Positions 27,411-39,500 of a stretch of DNA of 64,000 bases are shown here, piece by piece. The translations under genes and the position numbers were made by a program. Source of the DNA: a virus (Duplodnaviria; Caudoviricetes); IMG/VR virus record IMGVR_UViG_3300014204_000110, one strand, 5' to 3'. Each line of letters begins with the position of its first letter. Within the stretch, counting starts at the first letter, position 1. The notes below the pieces were generated by a model. It saw nothing but the letters and a program-made list of their open reading frames with translations. It was not told where the DNA came from and made no database searches.

Positions 27411-30400
27411 TGGATTACTCTCCAGACGATCAAAATAGATATTATGATCCGCAGCAAAACACTAAGTCTGATGTAGATGTAGGTACTCTTGCTAGGCAAA
27501 TTGTATTACCAATGGTTGCTGATGTTGCAGGATTACTTGTAGCAAAATATGTTACACATACTTCTATTTCTAAACTTAAGTCTTGGAGAACTTCACAAAA
27601 TAGTTTTAAAAATTCTTTATCTAATTCAATTTTTAGTAAAACAGAGAGTTTTAATAAAAAGATACAACCATTTAAAAAATCTATAACAGAAAATCCATTA
27701 TATAAATCTGTTGTAAAATCTGGTCAAGAAAGAGAAGCTTTATTATCTAATCTTAAAGGAACGTCTAGATATAATACTACGAGAGTTTCTTCAGTTTTTA
27801 AAAATCCAAAAACATTAGCATACTCAGCTGCAAAAGTTTGGAAAGAAAATGTATGGTCTGGGATGGCTGCTCAATATGCTATTGATCATATGTTAGGTGT
27901 TAATGAACAATGGGGATTAGAGAAGAAATCAGTATATGATATTCCTGGTCAAGCAGTTAATTTTGGTAAATGGCTTGGAGCATCTACTGTATTTGGACTT
28001 GGTTTTGGAGGTGCTGGTCCTCTTGTTAAAGCAATGGGAAGTACTGGCTTAAAAGCTACTCAAAAAGTATTTGGTGGTGAATTTGGTAAAAAGGTTTTAG
28101 ACACTTTATCAATGAGACCTTTAGGTGTTCCTAAAGATTATAAATATACTTCAAGTAGTGATATTTCAGTTTTTAATAAACATGTTATTTCTGATCTTAG
28201 AAGTAATGAACAACAAAAATTTGCTGCTAATGCTGTACGAAATAAATTATCATTTGGATCAAATGTTGGAGAAGCATTTAGAAATGTTCAAAATTCTTTA
28301 TATGTAGCTTCTGATACTTTTAAAGGTGGATGGCAAAGTAGTGGAGTTAATGTAGGTTCTAGAACACGACAAGCTTTAGGTGTATTAGAAACTTCTCTTA
28401 AAAATGTTCGTGAGATATTAATCAAGCCAAGAGAAAAACTTACTTCTACTATATCACATCCTGGAATTCAAGCAATAAATTTTCTTACAGAAATATCTAA
28501 AAATAAGAATACAAAAATAGATACTGGATCTACTGAATTTGCTAATTTCATGACTCAAGTTTCTAAAGATTCTTATAAAGAAACTGCTGTTGGTAGAATA
28601 TTTAAATTTTTAAAACCTTTACAAAATAAAGATGTTGTTAGTAATGAATGGATAAAAAATACTTATGGAAATTTAAGTGATAGATTTGCTGATACTTCTA
28701 CTGCTAAAACTCTTATGAGAAATGTTCTTAATATGAGAGTTGGTCAGAATATTTATAGAGATTGGCGTGGAAGTAATATTAAAGGTGCTGGTGTTGATCT
28801 TGGTGCTTTTGATCCAATTCTTAGTATGCGAAGAACAGCATCAAAGATACTTAATCATCAATTTAATTTACCACTTACTAAACTTGGAATGAGTCTTGGA
28901 GATATTACTGGTATAAATACATATTTATCAGAAGCTCCTTCATTTGAGTTTTTTAAACAACCTCCAGAGTTTAAATATAAAAATCATGGATCTATTGGTG
29001 ATCTTGCTGATAATAAATCCAATGCAATGTTTGCATATAACAATGGTAAATGGGCAGTAATAAATAACAATACAGTAAGAATAGTTGATGATAGTGGACA
29101 TCGATTACGATATGCATCTAAATCAGGAAAAGATAAAGCGTTTGAATTAAAAACTATTGGTGTTAATAGAATGAGAGATGCGTTAAATAAAGAAGATCCT
29201 TTAACTGCAGCTCTTAGATATAATCAAATTAAAGAACGTGTTGATTATCAAGATGCTCCAACTAATCCATTTTTACATTATCTAGATCGACGTAATATTG
29301 GACTTCCTACAAAGTTAAAAGAATATGCTCAAATAATAACTGATAAATTTCAAGATAAAGAAGTTTATAAACAATATGTGTCTGATTTCTTTACTGCTCC
29401 ATCAATACTTAATGCAAGAGCATTGCCTATAATTGGAAATATATATGAACGAACTTCTCAGACATTTTCTAGAGTATTACAAAATAAAAATGCTCATCAA
29501 ATAATAGCACATTATGTACATAATAAAGAACTTAAAGATGACTTTGCTGGAATTGCTTATTCTGATCAAAAGATGATAGATATTTTAGATCGATCTGAAT
29601 TTAAAGCAGATAGACATATATTTGATAATGATTTTCATCGATCTGTAAAAGAACTTAGAGCTTATCCTCAAAAAGCAAAAGATCATGCAAGTACAAAACG
29701 TTTAGGTCCATTTTCTGATATGACATCTAGTGATGTTGTAAGAAAAGATCTAATAGAAGATATTTTTAATAGAGATTTTATTGGTGCTCCTGCTGGACAT
29801 GCGCATCCTCTTATTGGTGCCGCTGATGATTTATTTACAGCAAGAATAATTAATGATAAAGAAAGAAAATATCTTAAACTTCATGCAAAGTTATCTGTAT
29901 TTAAAGATGAAGGACTTATAAAAGGTTCTGATCATCATGCAGATTATTGGCCAAGTATTGTTAAGAATATTAATGATCGATCAAAGAAAAATAACTGGGA
30001 TATTTTAAATGAAATAACAGATTTTATTTCTAATGAAGATATACGTCGACCAAGTATTCGATTATCACAAAATCAAATTATTCCAAAAGATTGGGGTAAT
30101 TTAAGTGATGCTAAATTATTTCCTAAAGATATTAATCCATATACATCAATACCAGATAATGGTATAGTAATATTTAAAGATATAATAACTAAGTCTACTG
30201 ATTCAGTTACTACAATGATGGGTGAATGGTTACCATATAAAAAGAGATATTTACAACATCATGGATTTACTGGAAGTGCTAAATATATTGGAGGTATTTT
30301 AGGAACTTCAGCAGCAGTATTTGGAGCTTATAGAATAACAGATACTCTTGTTGCTACTAATCCATTATTTGATGACACTTTACTTGGAGATGGTCTTACA

Positions 30401-33400
30401 GGAGCAGGAGCAGATGCTATAGCGCGAGTTAGAATGGGTGTGTCTAGAGTATCAGACCTAACTGGTATAACGGCTACAATGAAGTATCTGCATGGTTTAA
30501 TGCCACTTTCTGAAAGTAGTATTCCTGGAGCTGTTGTTGGTGGAATATTTAGTAAAATAATGCAAACTGGACCTCTTGGAACTGCTAAAAATATATTTGC
30601 TGGAGCAATTATAAATAGAATAGTTTCTCCATATCTTCCAGATATGACAAAGACTCATAAAGAACTTACTGAGATATATTCTGGAAGACAACAAGTTCCA
30701 ATCATGAAAGCACCTACATGGTTACTTGGAAGTACTCCTTGGGAAGGAAGTAAAGTAGCTGGATATTCTCCTAACTGGTATGTAAGAGCTAAAAGTAGAT
30801 GGAAAGAATCTGATAATATGTATGGTTCTGCTTTTAGAAAACTTATACATGAACCATTACCTTTTCTTGGTTTTAATGTAGGAGACATTGTAGATCCATA
30901 TTTTCTCGAACGTAAATCGTATTGGTCAAGACCTTTCCCTGTAACAGGAAAACCATTTGAAGAAGTTCCAGTAATTGGAGGAATACTTGCAAATACAATT
31001 GGTAGAATAATTAAACCACAGAAGACAATGCATCAAGAGTTTTTACAAGAAAGATTTGCTTCTGCAGATGATTCTAATAATCCATATCCTTTTTCTATAC
31101 GTCCACCAACAGTAAGTGAAGGAATGGAAATAATGAAAACTTCTTCTAAAATGAAAAGTCTTGGAGGAAGAACATTTAATGGTGGTAACGTTAAACAAGT
31201 AAATCCAGATTGGGGTGAAACTGCAGCAGAAGATTTCTTATATGACATACAAAATTTTACTGGTCTTAAAGGATTTTTATCAAGTACAATCACAGATAGA
31301 ATCTTTGGTAAAAATACAGTAACTCCAACCTTTGAAACTGCAGGAAGAATAGCATCATTTAGCAGAAGTTATAGTGATCTTAATCTTGGTGGTATCGGTA
31401 TGATAAGTGAAGGTATGAGAAGAATTATAGAGAAACCTAAGTATAGACAATATGGAATTAATCCAATTCCAAATATGATGCCTGAATATTTAGGACCAGA
31501 GTTTATAACTGGTGATCCTTGGAGTTCCATACAAAGGGGAGAATTAAGACTTCCTGGAGAAAGTTATTTGCGGACACATCCAGATGTAAAGAGATCTATG
31601 CCTGCAAGATCATCTTTAATCGGAGGTAATATAGAACATATTGTTCAATATTTTACAGGTTTACTTCCACCATTACTCAAAGAAGAATATGACATCATGG
31701 AAACTGGAACAGAGTTTCATAGATCTATTCAGGATTCTCTTGCTGCTGAAGGACTATTGATACAAGCCGAATCATTGGTTCATGATGTTAAAAATGATAT
31801 TACTGGTCACGTTGATGCTATTATACGTGATGGTACTGGTGGTGGTGGTCGAAGAGCACTTGAAATAAAGACAATAAGTAATGAAGGTTTTGAAAAATTA
31901 AATGCTCCAAAAGGATCCCATCTAACTCAATTAAATTTTTACTTACGTCAACTTAAGATGAGAAAAGGAACATTGTTATATGTTAATAGAGATAATCCAT
32001 CACAAGTTCGAACATTTGAAATAAATTATAGTCAGAGTAGATGGGAAAAGGATCTTGCTAAATTAAAAAAAGCAAGAAGTGTTGCTGCTACAATGATGCA
32101 AGAAGGAGTTGGTGACGATTTTGGATATAGTTATTCGTGGCTTGATAGATTAAATATTTTATCAGATGTCAGTCCAATGAGTCCTGAATACAAAGAAGCT
32201 AAAATGATCGTAGACAGTCAGATCAAATTTGGAATGCTGAATGATAAGGAGCTATTAAAATATAAAAACTCTATTAAAATGAGACAAGCTAGGATACGTA
32301 AATACGAGTTATACGAAAAGCGATTTGCTGGAAAATTATTTAATCCTGATACAGAACTTAATATACAATCTATTAATGATGATATAAAAGCAGGAGCAAA
32401 TTATAGTTTACCTGAACGAAGTTTAGGATGGTTATACGAGCAATTTACAAATACTAATACTTTCTTAGTTAATAAATTTTGGGCAGTTAAAGATCCATTA
32501 GAACATTATAAGATGTCTAGGATATATGGAAAAGAATATAAACCTTGGGATGAACCAATACGTAGTTGGGCTAAACCAATGTTAAATTCATTGTTAGAAA
32601 AAACAAATCCAGTTGAAGGAACTATATCAGCAGGTAGTCTAGGATATTTATTTGGTGGAGGTCCTTTAGGAGGACTAATTGGTAGTGCGGTTGGTTTTGG
32701 ATATGGAAGTATAAATGGTATTTATAGAACACTTACTAATTCAGCTTTTATTCCTGAAGATGTTAAAACTAGACGAGAAATAAATTCTTATTTTGATGCA
32801 GCTAAGTATGAACGAAATAATATGATGGCTAGTTTATCATCTGGACTTACTCAACAGGAATATTTAAAAGAACAGAATGCTACACTTACTGCTTTTAATA
32901 ATAACAAAGGAAGTGTTGTTGCTAATCTTTTCAGAGGTGCTTCTGTTTTTGAAAAACCATATATAGAATCATTTTTAAATACTAAAGATAAAAAAGAAAG
33001 AGAGAATATACTTAAATATATTCCAGAAGATCTTGCTATGGCTTTAAAGAAACAATGGAGTCAAAATGATAGTAAAGAAGCAACTGGAGAATATGTTAAA
33101 TTAAGTAGTGCTGAACTTACAAAAGGTGCTCCTAAATATAAGTTTAGTAAGCAAATAATGGATCCAGCAGTTAATCTAGAAGATATTGAATTGAAAACTA
33201 TTAATCAAGAAGGACTTGATAAGTTTGAATTTGGTCTTGGATGGAATGAACAGATGCTTAGAATTCAACAGTCTAATCGATCTATTCAGGCCGAAACTAT
33301 AAGTAGATTAAATCCAGAGACACAATCATTAGGACCAAATATAAGTTCAGCAAATATACGTGGACTTATAAATAACTATTTTAGTAGTAATAATATAAAA

Positions 33401-33535
33401 TCTTCTACTAATGTATATATAGATAATACTCAAGAAGAATATAATCAACTTGAAGTTGTTATACGACGAGATAGATCTAGAACAGTTATTAATGCTTTAA
33501 ATAATCGTAAAAAATATGGATTAAGTAATGAATAA
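27410..33535 (+). CDS. Tape-measure-like or ejected virion protein with a PD-(D/E)XK nuclease domain
   Basis: 2041 aa; follows the chaperones; Gly-rich hydrophobic segments; GTEFH...GHVDAII...LEIKT...QLNFY motifs. Confidence 0.7.
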   Translation: MDYSPDDQNRYYDPQQNTKSDVDVGTLARQIVLPMVADVAGLLVAKYVTHTSISKLKSWRTSQNSFKNSLSNSIFSKTESFNKKIQPFKKSITENPLYKSVVKSGQEREALLSNLKGTSRYNTTRVSSVFKNPKTLAYSAAKVWKENVWSGMAAQYAIDHMLGVNEQWGLEKKSVYDIPGQAVNFGKWLGASTVFGLGFGGAGPLVKAMGSTGLKATQKVFGGEFGKKVLDTLSMRPLGVPKDYKYTSSSDISVFNKHVISDLRSNEQQKFAANAVRNKLSFGSNVGEAFRNVQNSLYVASDTFKGGWQSSGVNVGSRTRQALGVLETSLKNVREILIKPREKLTSTISHPGIQAINFLTEISKNKNTKIDTGSTEFANFMTQVSKDSYKETAVGRIFKFLKPLQNKDVVSNEWIKNTYGNLSDRFADTSTAKTLMRNVLNMRVGQNIYRDWRGSNIKGAGVDLGAFDPILSMRRTASKILNHQFNLPLTKLGMSLGDITGINTYLSEAPSFEFFKQPPEFKYKNHGSIGDLADNKSNAMFAYNNGKWAVINNNTVRIVDDSGHRLRYASKSGKDKAFELKTIGVNRMRDALNKEDPLTAALRYNQIKERVDYQDAPTNPFLHYLDRRNIGLPTKLKEYAQIITDKFQDKEVYKQYVSDFFTAPSILNARALPIIGNIYERTSQTFSRVLQNKNAHQIIAHYVHNKELKDDFAGIAYSDQKMIDILDRSEFKADRHIFDNDFHRSVKELRAYPQKAKDHASTKRLGPFSDMTSSDVVRKDLIEDIFNRDFIGAPAGHAHPLIGAADDLFTARIINDKERKYLKLHAKLSVFKDEGLIKGSDHHADYWPSIVKNINDRSKKNNWDILNEITDFISNEDIRRPSIRLSQNQIIPKDWGNLSDAKLFPKDINPYTSIPDNGIVIFKDIITKSTDSVTTMMGEWLPYKKRYLQHHGFTGSAKYIGGILGTSAAVFGAYRITDTLVATNPLFDDTLLGDGLTGAGADAIARVRMGVSRVSDLTGITATMKYLHGLMPLSESSIPGAVVGGIFSKIMQTGPLGTAKNIFAGAIINRIVSPYLPDMTKTHKELTEIYSGRQQVPIMKAPTWLLGSTPWEGSKVAGYSPNWYVRAKSRWKESDNMYGSAFRKLIHEPLPFLGFNVGDIVDPYFLERKSYWSRPFPVTGKPFEEVPVIGGILANTIGRIIKPQKTMHQEFLQERFASADDSNNPYPFSIRPPTVSEGMEIMKTSSKMKSLGGRTFNGGNVKQVNPDWGETAAEDFLYDIQNFTGLKGFLSSTITDRIFGKNTVTPTFETAGRIASFSRSYSDLNLGGIGMISEGMRRIIEKPKYRQYGINPIPNMMPEYLGPEFITGDPWSSIQRGELRLPGESYLRTHPDVKRSMPARSSLIGGNIEHIVQYFTGLLPPLLKEEYDIMETGTEFHRSIQDSLAAEGLLIQAESLVHDVKNDITGHVDAIIRDGTGGGGRRALEIKTISNEGFEKLNAPKGSHLTQLNFYLRQLKMRKGTLLYVNRDNPSQVRTFEINYSQSRWEKDLAKLKKARSVAATMMQEGVGDDFGYSYSWLDRLNILSDVSPMSPEYKEAKMIVDSQIKFGMLNDKELLKYKNSIKMRQARIRKYELYEKRFAGKLFNPDTELNIQSINDDIKAGANYSLPERSLGWLYEQFTNTNTFLVNKFWAVKDPLEHYKMSRIYGKEYKPWDEPIRSWAKPMLNSLLEKTNPVEGTISAGSLGYLFGGGPLGGLIGSAVGFGYGSINGIYRTLTNSAFIPEDVKTRREINSYFDAAKYERNNMMASLSSGLTQQEYLKEQNATLTAFNNNKGSVVANLFRGASVFEKPYIESFLNTKDKKERENILKYIPEDLAMALKKQWSQNDSKEATGEYVKLSSAELTKGAPKYKFSKQIMDPAVNLEDIELKTINQEGLDKFEFGLGWNEQMLRIQQSNRSIQAETISRLNPETQSLGPNISSANIRGLINNYFSSNNIKSSTNVYIDNTQEEYNQLEVVIRRDRSRTVINALNNRKKYGLSNE

Positions 33536-36500
33536 ATTTGATGAACGTAATGAAAATATAAAAGATCAAAATTGGTTTATAAGAACAACTTTTAAAATTG
33601 GTGTTTTATCTGCTGCAACTTTTGGTATTTATAAAATGCGTGGTCCAGCAAAAAGTCTTGCTGATAAATATTTAAATCAATATAAAGATAAAATTATAGA
33701 ACGAGAATCATGGAAAAAACTTGATTCAAAAACTAGAATGCTTGGAAGTACTGCAAGTATTAATCAACCTAATTTTGGATTAGATCTAGATGATCAAGAA
33801 TTTGATAGAATGTTTCAAAAGAAAGACGATTTTGTTTTTACATTAGAAACTGATCCTCTTAAAGTTTTAGATTTAGAAACTCAAGAAAATTCTCTTATAA
33901 AAACTATTGAACTTGATATTGGTAATGATGCAGTTATAGATAAACATGATGTTTTATTTAAACTAAGAAAAGATGCACTTTATGAACGTATAAATACTTC
34001 ATCTCTTTTAAGAATGGAAGATAGAGCAGCTTTAGAAAGTATTAATAATATTAAAGATTCTGATAAACTTGAAGCACTTCATAATTTCTATATGTCTAAT
34101 GATCTTAATTATTATAGAAAATATAAGCAAAAATTAACTGCAGTTACTCATGATTATAGAACTTCAATGAATAAAATGTATGTTAAATTTGGACATAATC
34201 CAAAGATAACTTCTGACATTGCAAAAGATTTTATTTATGGAACTGCTAAATTTGATGCAAGTCCTGAAACTGCTGTAAAATTAAGATATCAAGCTAAAGA
34301 ACTTAAAAAGGATATGTATCAACCTATTAATGTTTTTGAATTACTTAAACAAAAGAAACCTATTACGTCTGGATCATTTGTTAAAAAAGATTTAACAGAT
34401 CAATTTGAAAAAGATATAGCTAGTTTTGATTATAGTAATTTACTTAAAGATCTTGGTGAAAAAATCGAAGAATTACAAGATAAAGAACTTAGACCAAAAT
34501 CTTATGTTAAAAATGTGTCATATACAATAGCAAGAGAAAATTCTTTTGGATCTGAAGAACGTTGGTTTTTAAATATAGCATTACAGCATGAAACTAGAGG
34601 AACTGCTGAAATTAGAGTTCCAGTATCTCAACATGGTCTTATTCCTGGATCTAAAATGAGTGTAACTGAACAACTTGATGGTTTTTATTTAAAACCAGAA
34701 AAACATTTTGTTCCTAATTTATTACATACAAATCTTTCAACTGATTATCAAAATAAAACTCAAATGATTCTTAAGAAAGTTTTTAATATTCTAGATGGTA
34801 GTCAAATGGAACGAGATTTTGCAGATAATCCACAATCATTTGCAAGAAGTGTTCAAAATATTATAACTAATTTACTTGATGATCCAATTGCTGGACGATC
34901 TGGTAGAGATTTTATAAAAATGAATAGATTAGTTTTTCCTAATCCATCTCCAAAAATAAGTAAATATTATCGAGAAAGATTAGGTGATATAGTTGCAACT
35001 GGACGATCTATGAAATCGTTTTCTCAAAATTTAAAAAATAAATCAAATATGATGATCATTGATCTTGACTTTGAAACGATATCTAGAGATACTCCTGGTC
35101 TTAATTGGATGGCAAAAGATGATTTTACTGAAATTACCGAAGTCGGTTTTGTTGTACAAGATTATGAAAATGGTAAACTTATTAAAACTGATATGGATAA
35201 AATACATAGTAATCATGCAGTACATGCTATTGATGGATGGAGAGAAAAAAAGAATGCTATTAATTGGATACGAAGTCAAACTCATAACTCTGAAAAAATG
35301 ACCGATGTAGAACTTATAGACTCTTGGAAATCTCAAGTTAATAATGATGCTGAATGGTCAAGACTTAGACATGGTAAAACTTTTCATAGTAATCATGATA
35401 TAGCACAACATGCTGCAAATAAATTATTAATTTCTATTAAAAAAGCTGTAAGTGAAAGAAAGAAAGTTTTTATAAATACTAAAAACTCTAGATTTGACTT
35501 AGAATTTCTTAAAGCATACGCTGGACATGAATGGAGTTATTTAAAAAAATATGTTCAGTTTATTGATTCTCAAAGTATTGCTCATCTTTATAACATAAAA
35601 GGTCAACAAGGATCCATGAGTCTTAGTAACATTATGATAAGAATGATGAAAGGATATGGTGCTACAAGAGATGATATACTTCCAGTAGCTAAAGGTAGTC
35701 TAACTCATGCTATTCGATGGTTAAAAAGTAAAGATAGAAAATTATGTAGTATCGATGATGCTATTATAGATGAAATGGAAAAAAGTAAAGTTCTTGGTCT
35801 TGCACATAGTTCTACTGTTGATGCCCTAGCTTCTAACTTTATACTTTTTAAATCTCATGAAGACTTATTTGGTCATCCAGAAATATATAAAGAATTTTCT
35901 GAGATAGAAAAGTTTTTAGCAAGATGTAAAAATTCTTCATCATTAAGCGAATCTATGGAAGAAGCTAAATTAAGAGAAGTATATTCTACTGTTAATGGAA
36001 TGACTATAAGCAGTCATATGTTAGCTCAAGGACAAGCGGCTAAAAGAATGATGTCTAGAATAAGTAATCATCATATAAGTTCGTATACTGATAGTCCATT
36101 ATCTAAACAATGGGATCAATTTCATGCTGGTGTTAGAGTATCACCATCAGATCGTTTTTTAAAGGAAATGAATAATAGCAAAGATAAACAATTATATAAC
36201 AAATATTTTAAAAGTGTATTTCTATCTCGTGGAGAGATAGGAATGTATAAAGGTATTTCTGCAGATGCGATGACTAATAATTTTCAACATCATGTCATTC
36301 TTGATACAATACATGTATTTAATCCTTATATGGGTGAAGGTGGATATAATGCTGTAAGTACTGAAGCCTTTAAAAATTATAAAATACATTTTACTGAACG
36401 AGTTGATTTATCTCAAGTTCAATCTGGAGGAGAAGATCCAATACTTAATAAACGTCTTATAGATATGCAAAATAAAATATATAAAGAGGCACGAGCACTT

Positions 36501-39500
36501 GCAAACGGAGATCATGGTAAAATAAATAAACATCATCTAGAAATGGCTGCAAGAAAAGTAGTTGAAACTATGGATAGTCTAGGTGAAACAATAATTAATC
36601 CAGTTGATAGATCAAATACTTTAAGTCATGGTGATGCTAATATTAAAACGTCTAAAAAAGAATTTGGTGGTAAAATACTTAATGTGGTTACTAATCTAGA
36701 AGCTGGTAAAATCAGTATGCACGCTGATATTGAATATTTAGCTAATGGAGAATCTTTTGAAGATATGCCATTTAGATTAAGAAATGAAAGTACTAAATCT
36801 ATGGGTGTTGTAGATAATTATAATTCATTACTTATTGCTAATGGTGCTAATCATTTATCAGATGCTGGATTTTTAACAAAAGGTTATGTTCATGCTCAAA
36901 AATCTATGCTTACTTTTAAAATTATGAGTAATTTATTTGATACTTATAATGATCCAAATGCTTCTGAAGTTGAAAAACGATATGCTGAAAAAACATTACA
37001 AAGATTAGCTAAAGATGTAAAAGGTCAACCATTTGATATTAATAATCGTCAGATAGTACATGATCCTGATGCTAATCCTGAATTTAGTAATATTCTTGAT
37101 CCAATGGAAATAGAACAAAGTAAAAAATATTATGGTAATGTTGATATGAGTTTTTCTAAACTTGATCAATATATGGTTGATGCTAGAATTGTATGGACTG
37201 AAGAAAAGTTTAATCAATGGCTTGGTTTATGGGGTGGAGAAAAGAATCTTAGAAAGTTTATTAATCAATCAATATCCAGTCATACTCATTATATAGAAAA
37301 ACAACTTAAATCTACTGGTAAAACTTTAGGACATCTAGAACAATCAGCTATACAGGATTATTCAACTTATTTAAATGAATGGTTTTTACCATCTATGGAA
37401 AAAGTTAAATCAGGTAAAGCTGCTATGTATTGGGAACCATTTAAAAAATATAAAGATGGTTCTACTATGACATTTGGATATAGAGGACCTTCTAGATATT
37501 CTCTTTATGGAATTGCTTCTGGAAATAAACCAGTTGCTAAAGAAATTAAAATGAGATCTAGTATATTACATTTTATAACTCAACCATTTAGTCATGTTAC
37601 TCCTTCTACTGTTAAAAGTATTAAAGCAAGTAAAAGAGCTTATGGTGGAAATAAATTTTCATCAGCTTATGCAACACTACGAAGATACAAAGATACTATT
37701 TGTTCAAATGCTATGGCTAAAGGACACGATTTAAATCTTGATGATATTAATAGATTACTTGATAATAAAGGCGACATTGATGTTAAAAAATTAGCAAGAT
37801 GGTCCTTTAGTGATGAAGAAAAATCTAAAATAATAAGTAATGTTATAGACGATCTTCAAGAAGCTACAAAAGATGGTAGTAAACTTCAAGGAGCTATTGA
37901 AACTATTCTTAATGAAATGCAACAAGATAAATTTGAAAAAGCTTTTGAAAAAGGAAGTAATTTAATTACAACTGTTGCTGCTGAAAAGAATTGGGAAAAT
38001 TTAGCTAAAGAAAAAGGTGGAGTTTTTACATATTCAAAACGTCCTGAACTTGGTGGAGGTTTTACTTTTCATATAAATGAACTTCTAGATAGAACTCCTG
38101 GTTTCACTGATGATGAAGTAACTAAAGCAAAAAATCTTAGTTTAGATTTCTTTGAACATATATATAAAAATTCTCCTGATGGATTTGTAAAAGATTTTGA
38201 TAGAGAAAAAGGACAAGTTACTTTAAAATATCTTGCAATACATGCTGATACTTCTAAAGCTAATGTAATGAATTATATAAATAAGAGTGCTCAAGAAAAA
38301 GGATATGGATATCTATCTACTCCTGCTAAATATCAAAGACATTTGTTTAATGCAATGAAAGAATATGAACTTGAAGTAAAAAAGTTATCATCTGGAAGTA
38401 ATCAAATAAAAGTTCAAGAAGAATTTCTTAAAAAACAATATCTTTTATATACATTAAAAGGATTTTTAATGGATTCATCTTCAATCTATGCCCGTTCTGC
38501 TCAAGAATATGTACCAGTAGGACTTCAATCTCATATTATTGGAACATCAGCTGTAATTGAAAAAGCTAGAGAGATTATGTATCAAGGTGGAATAGAAAAA
38601 GCTTATGGAGTTAAAGGAAGTTCTAAACATGATCAATTAATTAAACGATTAGCTGAAGAAAGTGATTTTACTGATGTTATTGTTTCAGAAGATGTATTTA
38701 AAAAAATGCAATATCCTGATGGAACTAATATATATGAAAAATTAAAAAAGACAAAAACAAAAGAAGAAGTTAAAAGGGTGATGTCTGGATTAGAATCACA
38801 TTTTATGTATTCTAATAGTAATCCAAATATACAAGCTGCATCAGATGCAATACAATCACATAGATTAACAATAGTTCCTAAAGATGTAAGAAAATATTTA
38901 GCAGTTAGTAATAGTTTAATTCATGCTAACTCTATGCAAGTTAAATTAGCTGGTCGTGATAATGATGGAGATAGAATGGGTTTTGTTGTACATGCTTATG
39001 AAACTGCAGATGATTTAGTTAATCTACAAAAAGAACATTCTGAATATAAACGTAAAGTACTTGAATCTTATATTGGACGGCCACGAACTGCTGAAGAAGT
39101 AAAAGCTGGAGATGCTAGTAAAATTATTACATTTGGAGAATATGGTAAAAAAGGTTGGGTTAGAGATTTTTCTAATGGAAATGTAAATTATACCTATTAT
39201 GATGATGCTGGTAGAGAAGTTCATACTTCTGTTCCTATAAATAGTTCTAAAGCTGAAGAACTTTTAGGAGATCCATTCTTTTCAAATTATGCTAAAAATG
39301 CTTATACGTTAGAAATGAATACTCCAGCAAGGGCTACTACTCAAGAAGCATATAAACAGTTAGATCGAGTATGTGCAACTGTTGTATCAAAAAATAATAT
39401 AGGTTTAGCAACTAATATAGCTTATAAAATGACTCGACATCTTATGCAAGTTGGACTTACTGGTAAAAATCCTGATGCTGCAAAATTACTTTATGGTAAC

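Noticed and set aside
31590-32090. Cas4-like domain as evidence of a CRISPR-Cas system
   Set aside because: No array or other cas genes are visible, and the domain lacks the Cas4 Fe-S cysteines
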